This document shows, piece by piece, positions 19,551 to 29,300 of a stretch of 32,000 bases of DNA. Under the pieces are notes generated by a model. That model did no database searches. It had not been told where the DNA came from and worked only from the letters and a program-made list of their open reading frames with translations. The first letter of the stretch is position 1. Each line of letters begins with the position of its first letter. A program made the translations under genes and the position numbers. This DNA is from Pararobbsia alpina (lineage in GTDB: Bacteria > Pseudomonadota > Gammaproteobacteria > Burkholderiales > Burkholderiaceae): positions 28,350 to 60,349 of the forward strand of contig NZ_CADIKM010000031.1 of NCBI RefSeq assembly GCF_902859895.1, read 5' to 3'.

Positions 19551-20378
19551 TCAGGCCGGCGTGCCGCGCATCGCCGCTTCGATCGGATCAAGCGCGGTCC
19601 GCTCCGGATCGAGTGGGCGCCAGCGCCCGTCGGTCAGTCCCTCGAGAGGGCGGAAGTTGGCCTTGTATGCCATCTTGCGGCTCTCCTGGATCCAGTAGCC
19701 CAGGTAGATGTATGGCAGGCCGAGCTGGCGTGCCTGCTCGATCTGCCAGAGGATGTTGTAGGTGCCGAAGCTCGCGTGTGCGATTGCAGGATCGAAGAAG
19801 GTGTAGACCGACGAGAGGCCGTCGCCGAGGATATCGATCATGCTGATCATCCGCAGGGGGCCGTCTGTCGTCGGTTCGGTCCCGGCGCCCGTGGACGTCC
19901 GTGCCGGCTCGCGGAACTCGACGAGCCGTGAGTTGATCCGGCTTTGCAGGAGGAATTGCTCATACTGGTCGCGGCTGTCGCGGTCCATTCCGCCGCCCGC
20001 GTGGCGGATCGACTGGTACCGCATATAGAGCGCGTAGTGCTCTTCGTCGTAATGGAGCGGGGAGACTTTTGCGATCAGGTCGCCATGCTGCCGCCAAGTG
20101 CGGCGCTGGGTCCGGTTGGGCTCGAATGCGGCCACCGGCACGCGCACCGGTACACATGCGCGGCAGCCGTCGCAGTAGGGCCGGTAGGTGAAGACCCCGG
20201 AGCGCCGGAAGCCGGCCCGAACGAGCTCCGTGTACACGTCGGAATTGATCAGGTGACTGGGCGTCGCGACTTGCGAGCGTGCGACACGGCCGTCCAGATA
20301 GCTGCACGGGTAGGGGGCCGTTGCGTAGAACTGCAAAGCGGACAACGGCGAGAGCGGTAGTTCGTTCGGATGCGTCAC
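19551..20378 (-). CDS. bpt: Arginyl/leucyl-tRNA--protein transferase of the ATE family (aspartate/glutamate leucyltransferase)
   Basis: 275 aa with ATE N- and C-terminal domains ([42 protein letters not shown]). A ~20-aa low-complexity insert ([17 protein letters not shown]) is present. Confidence 0.85.
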   Translation of the reverse strand: MTHPNELPLSPLSALQFYATAPYPCSYLDGRVARSQVATPSHLINSDVYTELVRAGFRRSGVFTYRPYCDGCRACVPVRVPVAAFEPNRTQRRTWRQHGDLIAKVSPLHYDEEHYALYMRYQSIRHAGGGMDRDSRDQYEQFLLQSRINSRLVEFREPARTSTGAGTEPTTDGPLRMISMIDILGDGLSSVYTFFDPAIAHASFGTYNILWQIEQARQLGLPYIYLGYWIQESRKMAYKANFRPLEGLTDGRWRPLDPERTALDPIEAAMRGTPA

Positions 20379-20435
20379 GCTACTTGCCTCGGCGGTTTGG
20401 CGAACCGGTCTCGTACTCTCGGTCAGGATTCGGTA

Positions 20436-21167
20436 TCAGAAGCCCTGCACCGCATCCAGCACCGTCTTGTCGAAGTGCCAGGGAATGCCCGGCGCGTCGA
20501 CGGAGGCTCTCAAATGCGCAACGAATTCACTGCGCGCCACTTCGAAGGCCCCGAGCGAAGCGAGATGCGACGTATTCTGCTGGCAGTCTATCATCTGTAC
20601 TCCGTGTCGGCGCAGATGGCCGACCAGCGCGGCCAGCGCGATTTTTGACGCGTCCGTCCTGAACGCGAACATCGATTCGCCAAAGAACATCCTGCCGAGC
20701 GCCACGCCGTAAAGGCCGCCGACGCGATGCCCCTCGTACCAGGTTTCGACGCTGTGCGCGTGGCCCTGGCGGTGCAATGCCGAATAGGCCGCGATGACTT
20801 CGGCCGTGATCCACGTGCCGTCCTGGCCTGCGCGTGGTGCACGCGCGCAAGTCCGCATGACTTCAGTGAAGTTGCCGTCGACGCGGACTTCCCAGGCGGG
20901 GTCGCGCAACACGCGCCGCAGGGTTTTCGCGAACGAGGTCGACAGATGAAATGCGTCGGGCCGTAGCACCATGCGCGGGTCCGGGCTCCACCAGAGCACG
21001 GGCTGGCCGTTCGAATACCACGGGAAGATGCCGTTGCGGTAGGCCTCGAGCAGGCGCCCGACATCGAGTTCGCCGGTTGCGGCGAGCAGTCCGGCGGCAC
21101 CACTGGCCGGGCCGAGCGCGTGGTCGAGCGGCGGAAAAGGATCGTCGGAACGCAGCCAGGGCACCAT
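20436..21167 (-). CDS. aat: Leucyl/phenylalanyl-tRNA--protein transferase
   Basis: 243 aa with Aat hallmarks ([56 protein letters not shown]). Confidence 0.9.
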   Translation of the reverse strand: MVPWLRSDDPFPPLDHALGPASGAAGLLAATGELDVGRLLEAYRNGIFPWYSNGQPVLWWSPDPRMVLRPDAFHLSTSFAKTLRRVLRDPAWEVRVDGNFTEVMRTCARAPRAGQDGTWITAEVIAAYSALHRQGHAHSVETWYEGHRVGGLYGVALGRMFFGESMFAFRTDASKIALAALVGHLRRHGVQMIDCQQNTSHLASLGAFEVARSEFVAHLRASVDAPGIPWHFDKTVLDAVQGF

Positions 21168-21182
21168 CTCGCGGCCCCCGGC

Positions 21183-21728
21183 CTAACCGTCTCGCAGCGA
21201 GCGGAAGATGTCGCCTGTATGCAATCCGAAATGGCCATTCGCGCGGTCGGCCAGGAAATAGCGCAGCGTCTGGCCAACCGTTGGAAACGCAATGTCCTGC
21301 CAGGGAATCTCATGCTCGGCGAACAGGCGCACCTCGAGGCTTTCTTCCCCGGCGGCGATATCGATGTCAAGCAGGCGTGCGAGATAGAACAGATGCACCT
21401 GGTGCACATGCGGGACGTTCAGCAGCGAAAACAGGCTTTGTATCTCGACGCGTGCGCCGGCCTCTTCGAGCGTTTCGCGGGCAGCGGCCTGCGAGGTCGT
21501 TTCGCCGAGTTCCATGAAGCCGGCCGGCAGTGTCCAGTAGCCGTAGCGCGGTTCGATCGCGCGGCGGCAGAGCAACACCTTATCCTCCCAGACGGGCACG
21601 GTGCCGACCACGTTGCGCGGATTCTGATAGTGGATCGTGCCGCAGTTGTCGCAGACGAAACGCTCGCGATTATCGCCGGGAGGAATGCGCGAGCTGACGG
21701 CATGGCCGCAGACTGAACAGAATTTCAT
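21183..21728 (-). CDS. NUDIX hydrolase with N-terminal zinc ribbon
   Basis: ORF 21183..21902, with the start set at ATG 21728 (MKFCSVCGH...CDNCG zinc ribbon), giving 181 aa. The Nudix box is GFMELGETTSQAAARETLEEAGA. The start is uncertain because no clear SD is present. Confidence 0.8.
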   Translation of the reverse strand: MKFCSVCGHAVSSRIPPGDNRERFVCDNCGTIHYQNPRNVVGTVPVWEDKVLLCRRAIEPRYGYWTLPAGFMELGETTSQAAARETLEEAGARVEIQSLFSLLNVPHVHQVHLFYLARLLDIDIAAGEESLEVRLFAEHEIPWQDIAFPTVGQTLRYFLADRANGHFGLHTGDIFRSLRDG

Positions 21729-21960
21729 CGAGGAGGTGGCGCGCGCCGTGCTTGGGTCGCTGGATTGGAATGAAGCGAGTGTAGCATTGGCCACCGCGTC
21801 TGACAGGTATCGCCCATGCGCGGCCGGAGGCGCCCCGCTCATGTCCGCAACCCGGGTGGACGGTCCGGTTACACCACTGTCATGGGGCGAAGCTAAAATC
21901 ATCAGGGCACGCGGGATAGCGAGCAGGAAAGCCCCATTTCAGACCGGGGCAAGAAAGCCA

Positions 21961-21989
21961 TTGCACTTATGTTGTGCCTTCCCTATAAT
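21961..21989 (+). promoter_or_regulatory. Near-consensus sigma-70 promoter for the tRNA-fMet tandem
   Basis: TTGCAC(21961-21966), 17-nt spacer, TATAAT(21984-21989). The -10 ends 15 nt before the mature tRNA 5' end. Confidence 0.7.
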
Positions 21990-22004
21990 CTTCTTTTCGA
22001 CGGA

Positions 22005-22081
<77 letters not shown>

Positions 22082-22281
22082 AGCCAGAAATGATGTTGGG
22101 GATGTGCGATTCAAGGCAGCATGCGCATCGGTCCTCGAAACAGCCGCGGAAGCAAGAGTAGCGGCAGCAAGAAGCAGTAGCGTAGTGATGGCGGACCATG
22201 TTTCGGTCCACAACATCGCGAGCTTCGAAGCCAGAAACGCGCACGGTTACGCCACCGAATTCGATTTTCGATTTCAACGGG

Positions 22282-22358
<77 letters not shown>

Positions 22359-22370
22359 TAGCAATCAAGA

Positions 22371-22402
22371 CCCCTGCAAGGCATTGGCCTCGCAGGGGTT
22401 TT
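22371..22402. terminator. Terminator after the tRNA tandem (also faces the convergent lipoprotein gene)
   Basis: CCCCTGCAAGGC(22371-22382), loop ATTG, GCCTCGCAGGGG(22387-22398) with one mismatch, then TTTTGTGTTTT. Confidence 0.75.
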
Positions 22403-22417
22403 GTGTTTTCGGCCGGA

Positions 22418-22825
22418 CTATTTGCAGCGCACGACCATCGAGCGGCTCTTCACGTTTGCGGTCACCACGCTGTTCAGCCCACCGCCGGCCGCGGCACCAT
22501 CGTCGCTGTCCTTCGACACGATGTCATAGCCGCTCGCGCCGCATGCATCTCCGGCCTTCTGATAACACTCGCCCCAGTTCGAACCCGAACCCGATCCACT
22601 GCAATTGATCGCGAATCCGGTCTGGCCGTCCGGCAAATGCACCAGATCGCTCGAATTGGTGCTGCAGCCCGACATTGTCACCGCAAGGCCAGCCATGATC
22701 GGCGCGGCCCACACTGGAAATGACTGGCAGGCCCCACGCCAACCACCACCGGGAACGCCGCGACGGGCAAGCGGCCCATCGATCGGACCGGCCATACGAA
22801 CCAGGGGATTCGGGTCGATTTGCAT
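22418..22825 (-). CDS. Putative Cys-containing small lipoprotein, unknown function
   Basis: 135 aa with SD GGAG 7 nt upstream of ATG 22825. A lipobox-like TMSGC has its Cys at residue 54, preceded by the hydrophobic WAAPIMAGLAV. The mature part is Gly/Ser-rich with 4 further Cys. The N-region is unusually long, so the true start could be internal. Confidence 0.55.
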   Translation of the reverse strand: MQIDPNPLVRMAGPIDGPLARRGVPGGGWRGACQSFPVWAAPIMAGLAVTMSGCSTNSSDLVHLPDGQTGFAINCSGSGSGSNWGECYQKAGDACGASGYDIVSKDSDDGAAAGGGLNSVVTANVKSRSMVVRCK

Positions 22826-23243
22826 GAGCGCGCTCCGGGTTGAAGAAGGATTTCGTCATTCGAACACGTTGGCTGGAGACCGTCCCGCGGACTTTGTAAG
22901 CAGGCGCAACGACCATTTCGCGCAGCAAAAACGTTACCCCTGCGAATTTCCCTTGATCACGAGTATCGACACTTCAAGCGAGGAAACTCGCGTTCGTCCA
23001 TTCAAGACATCCAGCTTCTCGAACGGATCTGCGATTCGGCAAATTGTAAGCAGATGCTCGAATAAAGTTACAATTCTGAAGCAAGAACTGCGCGGAAAAG
23101 CGTGGTCGTGCGAGTGCTCAAACCGCCCGATAACCTGCCGACACGCTTACAAGCCGCCTCGGTGCTTGTGCCGGCGGCATTTGAAACATCCGGCACATTG
23201 TTTGCTTGATGGCGATCACCAAATACAAGATGCGGGAGCCCGA

Positions 23244-23447
23244 ATGGGCGATTTCAATTCATATATCTTTTTTGCGGCTGCTGCGGGGCTGGTGGCGGTT
23301 GCAATAGCGATTGCGGTGATCTCGGCGTTTCTACATCTACGCGAAGGAGCCTCAGTTTCGTCCACGCGGCCTATCAAGCCGGTAGTGCCGGATGCGGCGG
23401 CCAAGGAGCGCGGACTCGCGCAGACCGATGACGGCATCATTTCCTGA
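23244..23447 (+). CDS. Small single-pass membrane protein (67 aa), hypothetical
   Basis: SD GGGAG lies 5 nt upstream of ATG 23244. One clear TM helix (YIFFAAAAGLVAVAIAIAVISAFL) precedes a charged tail. This is the only plausible part of the 280-aa track ORF 22605..23447. Confidence 0.4.
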   Translation: MGDFNSYIFFAAAAGLVAVAIAIAVISAFLHLREGASVSSTRPIKPVVPDAAAKERGLAQTDDGIIS

Positions 23448-23489
23448 GGCCGGCTAGTTACATTGCCGCGCTGACGGGTATCTCCGTGT

Positions 23490-23915
23490 CTAATCGCCCG
23501 CGTCGCTTCCCATGAACGCGCGCATGAACACAAGCGCACCCCAACCCCACATCGCATCGATCACGAATTCGAATGTCACACGCGGCAGAATATTGCCGCT
23601 TGGCCATTCGCCTCGTAACGGCCCCAGCAAGAAAATTGAAATCGCCGTCAGTGCAATTCCGCCGAACGCGAGTGCGCCGATCCAGGGGGCGGGCCGGGCG
23701 GGCGAGACGCGCAGCAGCCATGCCATGACAATCGCGATTGCCCCATTGATCAATGCCGACATCACGAATTCGGGTACGTCGAGCGGCGGTGCGGCGAGCA
23801 ATGGGTATGCCGTGTGGGTCGTCGCTCCGGCTAGATGCAACAGCTCGACGCTCGGCTGCTGAAAAAAGATCACGGCGAGAAAGCCGGCGAGAAAAGGCAA
23901 GACGATTCGTTGCAT
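23490..23915 (-). CDS. Hypothetical integral membrane protein (about 4 TM)
   Basis: ORF 23490..24014, with the start set at ATG 23915 (MQRIVLPFLAGFLAVIFF), giving 141 aa with four hydrophobic segments. I recognise no family. Confidence 0.55.
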   Translation of the reverse strand: MQRIVLPFLAGFLAVIFFQQPSVELLHLAGATTHTAYPLLAAPPLDVPEFVMSALINGAIAIVMAWLLRVSPARPAPWIGALAFGGIALTAISIFLLGPLRGEWPSGNILPRVTFEFVIDAMWGWGALVFMRAFMGSDAGD

Positions 23916-24167
23916 GACGCTCGGATTCGAAGCTGTCGCCGCAGCGACCGGGGGAATGTCTGGTCGCTCATTATAGGGGCGGCCGCATGCTTCTAGATGG
24001 GTGCGCGCTGGCAAAGCACGAATTCGTACAACTTAAGCAAAAAACATTCGTTCAAAAACGGCAGGGTGCTCCTTAGACTGGCTTCCATCGAAACGCCTTG
24101 CTCTATTCGCACCGAAGCGCGATGGCTTGCTTGCGTTATTGCAACTGTCGAAAAGGATGCCTGCCCG

Positions 24168-24842
24168 ATGTCTTATGTCGTAACGATCTCCGGAAGTCCC
24201 GCCGCACGTTCGCGCAGTACGCATTTGCTCGCCGCCGCCGAAGAGTCGTTGCACACCCGCGGTATCGTGACGCGCCGGATCGAGCCGCGCGGACTGCCCG
24301 CCGAAGCGCTGCTGCACGCGGACTTCAGTCATCCTGCGATTCGCGAAGCGCTTGAACTCGTCGAGCATGCGCAGGCCGTGGTGATTGCTACACCTGTCTA
24401 CAAGGTGGCGTACAGCGGCCTGCTCAAGACCTTCATCGATCTGCTTCCGCAATCCGGCCTGACGGGCAAGCTGGTGCTGCCGATCGGCACTGGCGGCAGT
24501 CCCGCGCATCTGCTTGCGCTCGACTATGCGCTGAGGCCGGTGCTCTCGTCCCTGGGCGCCCGCCACGTGCTTTCCAACGTGTTCGCCACGGATCGTGAGG
24601 TGCCCTCAAACGACACGGGCTACCAGATCGACGCCGGGGTCTCGGATCGGCTGATCCAGTCGATCGACCAGCTCGCGCTGGTGTGGTTCGATCAGGTGGA
24701 GCTTCGCGAACACCGAGCGCGCAGCAGCGCGCGCTCCGAATTCGCTGAACCGGCGTACGCGCATCCCGCTCATCGCGAAGCGGGGGCTGGGGTCGCGCGC
24801 GTGGCCGCGACGGCGTTCTCGAAGACGCGATGTTCGAACTGA
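24168..24842 (+). CDS. ssuE: NAD(P)H-dependent FMN reductase
   Basis: ORF 23997..24842, with the start set at ATG 24168 (MSYVVTISGSPAARSRSTHLL). It has the SsuE/MsuE-type flavin reductase fold motifs (ISGSP, VIATPVYKVAYSGLLKTFIDLLP). It is first in an ssu cluster. The C-terminus is ~30 aa longer than E. coli SsuE. Confidence 0.85.
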   Translation: MSYVVTISGSPAARSRSTHLLAAAEESLHTRGIVTRRIEPRGLPAEALLHADFSHPAIREALELVEHAQAVVIATPVYKVAYSGLLKTFIDLLPQSGLTGKLVLPIGTGGSPAHLLALDYALRPVLSSLGARHVLSNVFATDREVPSNDTGYQIDAGVSDRLIQSIDQLALVWFDQVELREHRARSSARSEFAEPAYAHPAHREAGAGVARVAATAFSKTRCSN

Positions 24843-24886
24843 GCGGCGCGCCGAGGCGCGCCTGACGCCGGCCGGGTCCAGACCTC

Positions 24887-24914
24887 ATGGGCGGGCCGGC
24901 GCCCATTTTGTTTT
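24887..24914 (+). terminator. Terminator-like hairpin + U-tract between ssuE and ssuA
   Basis: ATGGGCG(24887-24893), loop GGCCGG, CGCCCAT(24900-24906), then TTTGTTTT. It is preceded by a GGCGCGCC..GGCGCGCC hairpin (24845-24862) immediately after the ssuE stop. Confidence 0.45.
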
Positions 24915-25014
24915 CCAACACGTCATAACCACTTAGCAGGGCAGCGTCCCGCGGTCCGGCGCATCGCGCTGCCCCACGGCGACTATCCAGCGGAAACGCG
25001 CCACGGAAATCCTT

Positions 25015-25992
25015 ATGAGCAACGACAACACTACGATTGATCATGGCCGGCGCAGCCTTCTGCGCGCCTCGGCCGCGGTGGGACTCGGCGCGACCCTCGG
25101 CCTCGGCGGCATGGGCCGTGCAGCCGCACAAAGCGGCAAGGTCGTGCGAATCGGCTATCAGAAGTACGGCACTTTTGTGATTCTCAAGGCGCGCGGCACG
25201 CTCGAAAAGCGCCTGGCCGCCCAGGGCGCGACGGTTCAATGGCTCGAATTTCCGGCGGGTCCGCAGTTGCTCGAGGGTCTCAACGCGGGTGCGGTGGATC
25301 TCGGCACAGTCGGCGAAACCCCGCCGATCTTCGCGCAAGCGGGCGGGGTCGATTTCGTCTATATCGGCAATGAACCCCCAGCCGCCGCTTCGGAAGCCAT
25401 CGTGATCCCGAAGCAGTCGCCGATCAAGTCCATCGCGGAACTCCGCGGCAAGAAGGTCGCGCTGAACCGCGGCTCGAATGTCCACTACTTGCTGGTCCGT
25501 GCGCTGGCCTCGGCGAATCTCAAGTACACGGATATCGAGCCGGTCTATCTCGCGCCAGCGGATGCACGCGCAGCGTTCGAGCAGAACAACATCGATGCAT
25601 GGGCGATCTGGGATCCGTACTTTGCGTCGGTCCAGAACGCAGGCGGCAAGGTCCTGACCGACGGTACCGGTCTCGTGAGAAACCTGCAGTTCTACCTCGC
25701 CTCGCGCAAGTATGCCGAGCAGTCGCCTGAGCTCGTTCACGCGGTAGTCGACGAGCTGCGCGAGGTTGACAACTGGGGCAAGCGCAATCCGGCCGAGGTG
25801 GTTCGCGTGCTCGGTCCACAGACGGGCCTCGATCCGGCCGTGCTCGACCTGGCAGTCAAGCGCTATTCATTCGGCATCCAACCGATTTCCGATGAGGTGG
25901 TCGCCTATCAGCAAGGCATCGCCGACACCTTTACCGAACTGAAACTGATTCCACGCAAGCTCGACGTCAAGCAAGCGCAGTGGAAAGCCTGA
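25015..25992 (+). CDS. ssuA: Aliphatic sulfonate ABC transporter substrate-binding protein
   Basis: 325 aa, SsuA/TauA-family sequence. The N-terminus has a twin-arginine-like signal ([30 protein letters not shown]). The gene sits in ssu operon context. Confidence 0.85.
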   Translation: MSNDNTTIDHGRRSLLRASAAVGLGATLGLGGMGRAAAQSGKVVRIGYQKYGTFVILKARGTLEKRLAAQGATVQWLEFPAGPQLLEGLNAGAVDLGTVGETPPIFAQAGGVDFVYIGNEPPAAASEAIVIPKQSPIKSIAELRGKKVALNRGSNVHYLLVRALASANLKYTDIEPVYLAPADARAAFEQNNIDAWAIWDPYFASVQNAGGKVLTDGTGLVRNLQFYLASRKYAEQSPELVHAVVDELREVDNWGKRNPAEVVRVLGPQTGLDPAVLDLAVKRYSFGIQPISDEVVAYQQGIADTFTELKLIPRKLDVKQAQWKA

Positions 25993-26005
25993 GGAGTGTG
26001 CTGCA

Positions 26006-27154
26006 ATGAACGTGTTCTGGTTTATCCCGACCCATGGCGACAGCCGCTATCTCGGAACTTCCGACGGTGCCCGCTCCGCGAGCTTCGACTATTTCCGGCA
26101 GGTCGCCGTCGCCGCCGATACGCTTGGCTATGACGGCGTGCTGTTGCCGACCGGGCGTTCGTGCGAAGACGCGTGGGTGGTCGCCTCGAGTCTGATCGGC
26201 GCGACCCAGAAGCTCAAGTTCCTGGTTGCGATCCGTCCGGGCCTGAGTTCGCCGGCGCTGGCCGCGCGCATGGCGGCAACCTTCGACCGCTTGTCGAACG
26301 GGCGCCTGCTGATCAATGTCGTGACCGGTGGCGATACGAGGGAGCTCGAGGGCGACGGCTTGTTCTCGAGCCACGACGAGCGCTACGAGATTACCGATGA
26401 ATTCCTTCATGTCTGGCGGCAGATTCTCGAAGCCTCGCATCGCAAGGAAAGTATCGACTTCATTGGCAAGCATCTGACCAGCAAGGGCGGCAAATCACTG
26501 TATCCGCCCGTGCAACGGCCGCATCCGCCGCTGTGGTTCGGCGGTTCCTCGCCGGCTGCGCATGGGATCGCCGCCAACCATATCGATACCTACCTGACCT
26601 GGGGCGAGCCGCTCGAGGACGTCGAAAAGAAGGTCGTCGATATCCGCAAGCGCGCGGCCGACCAGGGCCGTACGATCAAGTTCGGCATCCGTATGCATTC
26701 GATCGTGCGCGAAACCGCCGACGAGGCGTGGGCCGCGGCCGACAAGCTCATCAGCAGGCTCGATGACAAAACCATCGAGCGTGCTCAGGCTTCGTTCGCC
26801 AAGATGGATTCGGAAGGGCAGCGCCGCATGGCCGCGCTGCACGGCGGCCGACGCGACAAGCTCGAAGTCGCACCGAACCTGTGGGCGGGTGTCGGGCTGG
26901 TCCGTGGCGGCGCGGGAACGGCACTCGTCGGCAACCCGGAGCAGGTCGCCGCGCGGATGAAGGAATACGCGGAGCTCGGCATCGACACGTTCATCATGTC
27001 GGGCTATCCGCACCTCGAGGAATCGTATCGCTTCGCGGAACTCGTGTTCCCGCTGCTGCCGCGTGCGCGGCGTGAGCAGATCGCGGGTCCGCTGTCGGGG
27101 CCGTTCGGCGAAATCATCGGCAATCACTACGTGCCAGAGGCTTCGCAAAGCTGA
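26006..27154 (+). CDS. ssuD: FMNH2-dependent alkanesulfonate monooxygenase
   Basis: 382 aa with SD GAGGAG upstream. It is collinear with E. coli SsuD ([56 protein letters not shown]). Confidence 0.95.
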   Translation: MNVFWFIPTHGDSRYLGTSDGARSASFDYFRQVAVAADTLGYDGVLLPTGRSCEDAWVVASSLIGATQKLKFLVAIRPGLSSPALAARMAATFDRLSNGRLLINVVTGGDTRELEGDGLFSSHDERYEITDEFLHVWRQILEASHRKESIDFIGKHLTSKGGKSLYPPVQRPHPPLWFGGSSPAAHGIAANHIDTYLTWGEPLEDVEKKVVDIRKRAADQGRTIKFGIRMHSIVRETADEAWAAADKLISRLDDKTIERAQASFAKMDSEGQRRMAALHGGRRDKLEVAPNLWAGVGLVRGGAGTALVGNPEQVAARMKEYAELGIDTFIMSGYPHLEESYRFAELVFPLLPRARREQIAGPLSGPFGEIIGNHYVPEASQS

Positions 27155-27156
27155 TC

Positions 27157-28122
27157 ATGAGCACTCCCGCCCTGGTTCGAAATCGAGCTGCCGAAACTGT
27201 ACGGGGCGACGCGACTGCTGTTGCTCCCGTCGTTGCCACGGATGATGCGGGTCGCCCGGCGGCTGCGGCCAACGCCGTGCCGGGCGCGACCGGCACGGGC
27301 ATAGCCGCTGCCCCAAAGGTTGCGGGTACGGCACGTTCGTCGTGGCGGCCCCGGCTTTCCTCTCTGGTGCCGTGGCTGCTGCCACTCCTGATTCTGGCGC
27401 TCTGGGAGGCGGGCACGCGTTCGCAGTGGATCTCGACCCGCGTGCTGCCCGAGCCGCTCGCCGTGCTCAAGGCATTCTGGTCGCTTGCGCTCGACGGCAC
27501 GATGTGGGACAACGTCAAAGTCAGTACATTGCGCGCACTCGCCGGCTTCGCCATCGGCGGCACGCTGGGGCTGCTGTTCGGGCTCGCGACCGGCGTGTCG
27601 CGTCCCATCGCACTGACGCTCGACTCGACATTGCAGATGGTCCGCAATATCCCGCCGCTCGCGATGATCCCGCTCGTGATCCTGTGGTTCGGCATCGGCG
27701 AACAGGCCAAGCTCTTTCTCGTCGCGCTCGGTGTGTTCTTCCCGATCTACCTGAATACCTTCCATGGGATCCGTTCAGTCGACCGCAACCTGATCGAGAT
27801 GGCGCGCAGCTACGGACTTTCAGGCTGGCCGCTCTATCGTCACGTGATCCTGCCCGGAGCCGTGCCGTCGATCCTCGTCGGCGTGCGTTTTGCGCTGGGC
27901 TTCATGTGGGTCACGCTGATCGTCGCCGAGACCCTGTCCGCACAGTCGGGCATCGGCTATATGACGATGAATGCACGCGAGTTCCTGCAAACCGATGTGG
28001 TGCTGGTCGGCATCCTGCTCTATGCGCTGCTCGGCAAACTTGCCGATATCCTCGCGACGGCACTCGAGCGCAGGGTGTTGCGCTGGAATCCGGCGTATCG
28101 CAAGAAAGGCGGGAACGCGTGA
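27157..28122 (+). CDS. ssuC: Aliphatic sulfonate ABC transporter permease
   Basis: 321 aa. It is collinear with E. coli SsuC from about residue 63 ([46 protein letters not shown]). The ATG lies 2 nt after the ssuD stop. The ~60-aa Ala/Gly/Thr-rich N-terminal extension makes the start uncertain, and an in-frame GTG at 27277 is an alternative. Confidence 0.88.
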   Translation: MSTPALVRNRAAETVRGDATAVAPVVATDDAGRPAAAANAVPGATGTGIAAAPKVAGTARSSWRPRLSSLVPWLLPLLILALWEAGTRSQWISTRVLPEPLAVLKAFWSLALDGTMWDNVKVSTLRALAGFAIGGTLGLLFGLATGVSRPIALTLDSTLQMVRNIPPLAMIPLVILWFGIGEQAKLFLVALGVFFPIYLNTFHGIRSVDRNLIEMARSYGLSGWPLYRHVILPGAVPSILVGVRFALGFMWVTLIVAETLSAQSGIGYMTMNAREFLQTDVVLVGILLYALLGKLADILATALERRVLRWNPAYRKKGGNA

Positions 28123-28925
28123 TGAATGCGATTTTGAAACCCTCCGCGCCAGCCGTCGCAGTCGAGCTCAAGCAGGTCTCGAAGCGCTATGGCGAGCGCT
28201 CAGTGCTCAGCGATTTTGCGCTGTCGATCGAGCGAGGCAGCTTCGTCGCGATTGTCGGCCGCAGCGGCTGCGGCAAGTCGACCTTGTTGCGCCTTGTCGC
28301 CGGACTCGAGTCGATCGATGCCGGTACGCTCGAAAAGCAGGGTGCCGGCGGTCCGATCGAGACGCGGATCATGTTTCAGGACGCGCGGCTGCTGCCCTGG
28401 AAAACGGTGCTGCAAAACGTGATGCTCGGCCTGCCGAAGACGGCACGCGACGAAGCGCTCACGGTGCTCACGGACGTTGGCCTTGCCGACCGCGCGAACG
28501 ACTGGCCCGCCGAGCTGTCGGGCGGACAGCGCCAGCGCGTCGCGCTGGCACGCGCACTGATTCATAAACCTGAGCTGCTGCTGCTCGATGAACCGCTCGG
28601 TGCGCTCGACGCGCTGACCCGCATCGAGATGCATGGCCTGATCGAGCGCTTGTGGCGCGAGCGGGGTTTTACGGCACTCCTCGTTACCCATGACGTTCAT
28701 GAGGCCGTGGCGCTCGGCGACCGGATCGTGCTGATCGAACAAGGCCGGATCGCACTCGACCAGCCGGTCGCCTTGCCCCGGCCTCGTGCACGCGGCAGTG
28801 CGGCGTTTGCCGCGCTCGAGGACGGCATTCTGCAGCGGGTGCTCAAGAGCGAAACGGGCCAGGGTGAAACGGCGAGTTCGTCAAAGCGAATCTATGCGCC
28901 GAGCGAGGTCCGGTGGGCGGTCTAG
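28122..28925 (+). CDS. ssuB: Aliphatic sulfonate ABC transporter ATP-binding protein
   Basis: This is the C-terminal 267 aa of track ORF 27342..28925, with the start at ATG 28122 overlapping the ssuC stop (TGATG). Motifs are Walker [10 protein letters not shown], signature LSGGQRQR and Walker B LLLLDEP. Confidence 0.92.
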   Translation: MNAILKPSAPAVAVELKQVSKRYGERSVLSDFALSIERGSFVAIVGRSGCGKSTLLRLVAGLESIDAGTLEKQGAGGPIETRIMFQDARLLPWKTVLQNVMLGLPKTARDEALTVLTDVGLADRANDWPAELSGGQRQRVALARALIHKPELLLLDEPLGALDALTRIEMHGLIERLWRERGFTALLVTHDVHEAVALGDRIVLIEQGRIALDQPVALPRPRARGSAAFAALEDGILQRVLKSETGQGETASSSKRIYAPSEVRWAV

Positions 28926-29056
28926 CGGCCCGCAACCCGCAGCGAAGCAGCGGGCGGGTCGGGTAGCCGAGTAGCACGGTGACCGGCTTGGTAACAGACG
29001 CTGCAATCGATACGACAATCAAGTAGTCCCATCAGCTTATCCATCAGGAAACCACC

Positions 29057-29272
29057 ATGGCAATCAGCGCGATCAATGTACGGAATCAGTTCAAGGGAAC
29101 GGTCAAGGAAATCATTCGAGGTTCGGTCGTCTCGGAGGTCGACGTCGAAACCCCATATGGGATCGTCACGTCGGTGATCACGACACGCTCGATCGACGAG
29201 CTTGACCTCAAGGTCGGGGCCGAAGTCGTCGCGCTGGTGAAGTCGACGGAAGTTTCGATCGCCCGGATTTAG
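29057..29272 (+). CDS. ssuF: Small molybdopterin-binding (Mop/TOBE) domain protein
   Basis: 71 aa, a single TOBE/Mop domain (ISAINVRNQFKGTVKEI...VGAEVVALVKSTEVSIA). It is in the last position of the ssu cluster, as in the Pseudomonas ssuEADCBF arrangement. Confidence 0.8.
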   Translation: MAISAINVRNQFKGTVKEIIRGSVVSEVDVETPYGIVTSVITTRSIDELDLKVGAEVVALVKSTEVSIARI

Positions 29273-29300
29273 CAGCGCAACGCACAGACTGTGCGCCGTC

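Noticed and set aside
24433-25740. 435-aa minus-strand ORF
   Set aside because: It is antisense to ssuE, the ssuE-ssuA spacer and ssuA. The ssu genes on the plus strand are unambiguous.
27342-28121. First 260 codons of the 527-aa ORF 27342-28925
   Set aside because: This part is out of frame within ssuC and Arg/Ala/Pro-rich. The genuine ssuB starts at ATG 28122, with Walker A following ~40 residues later.
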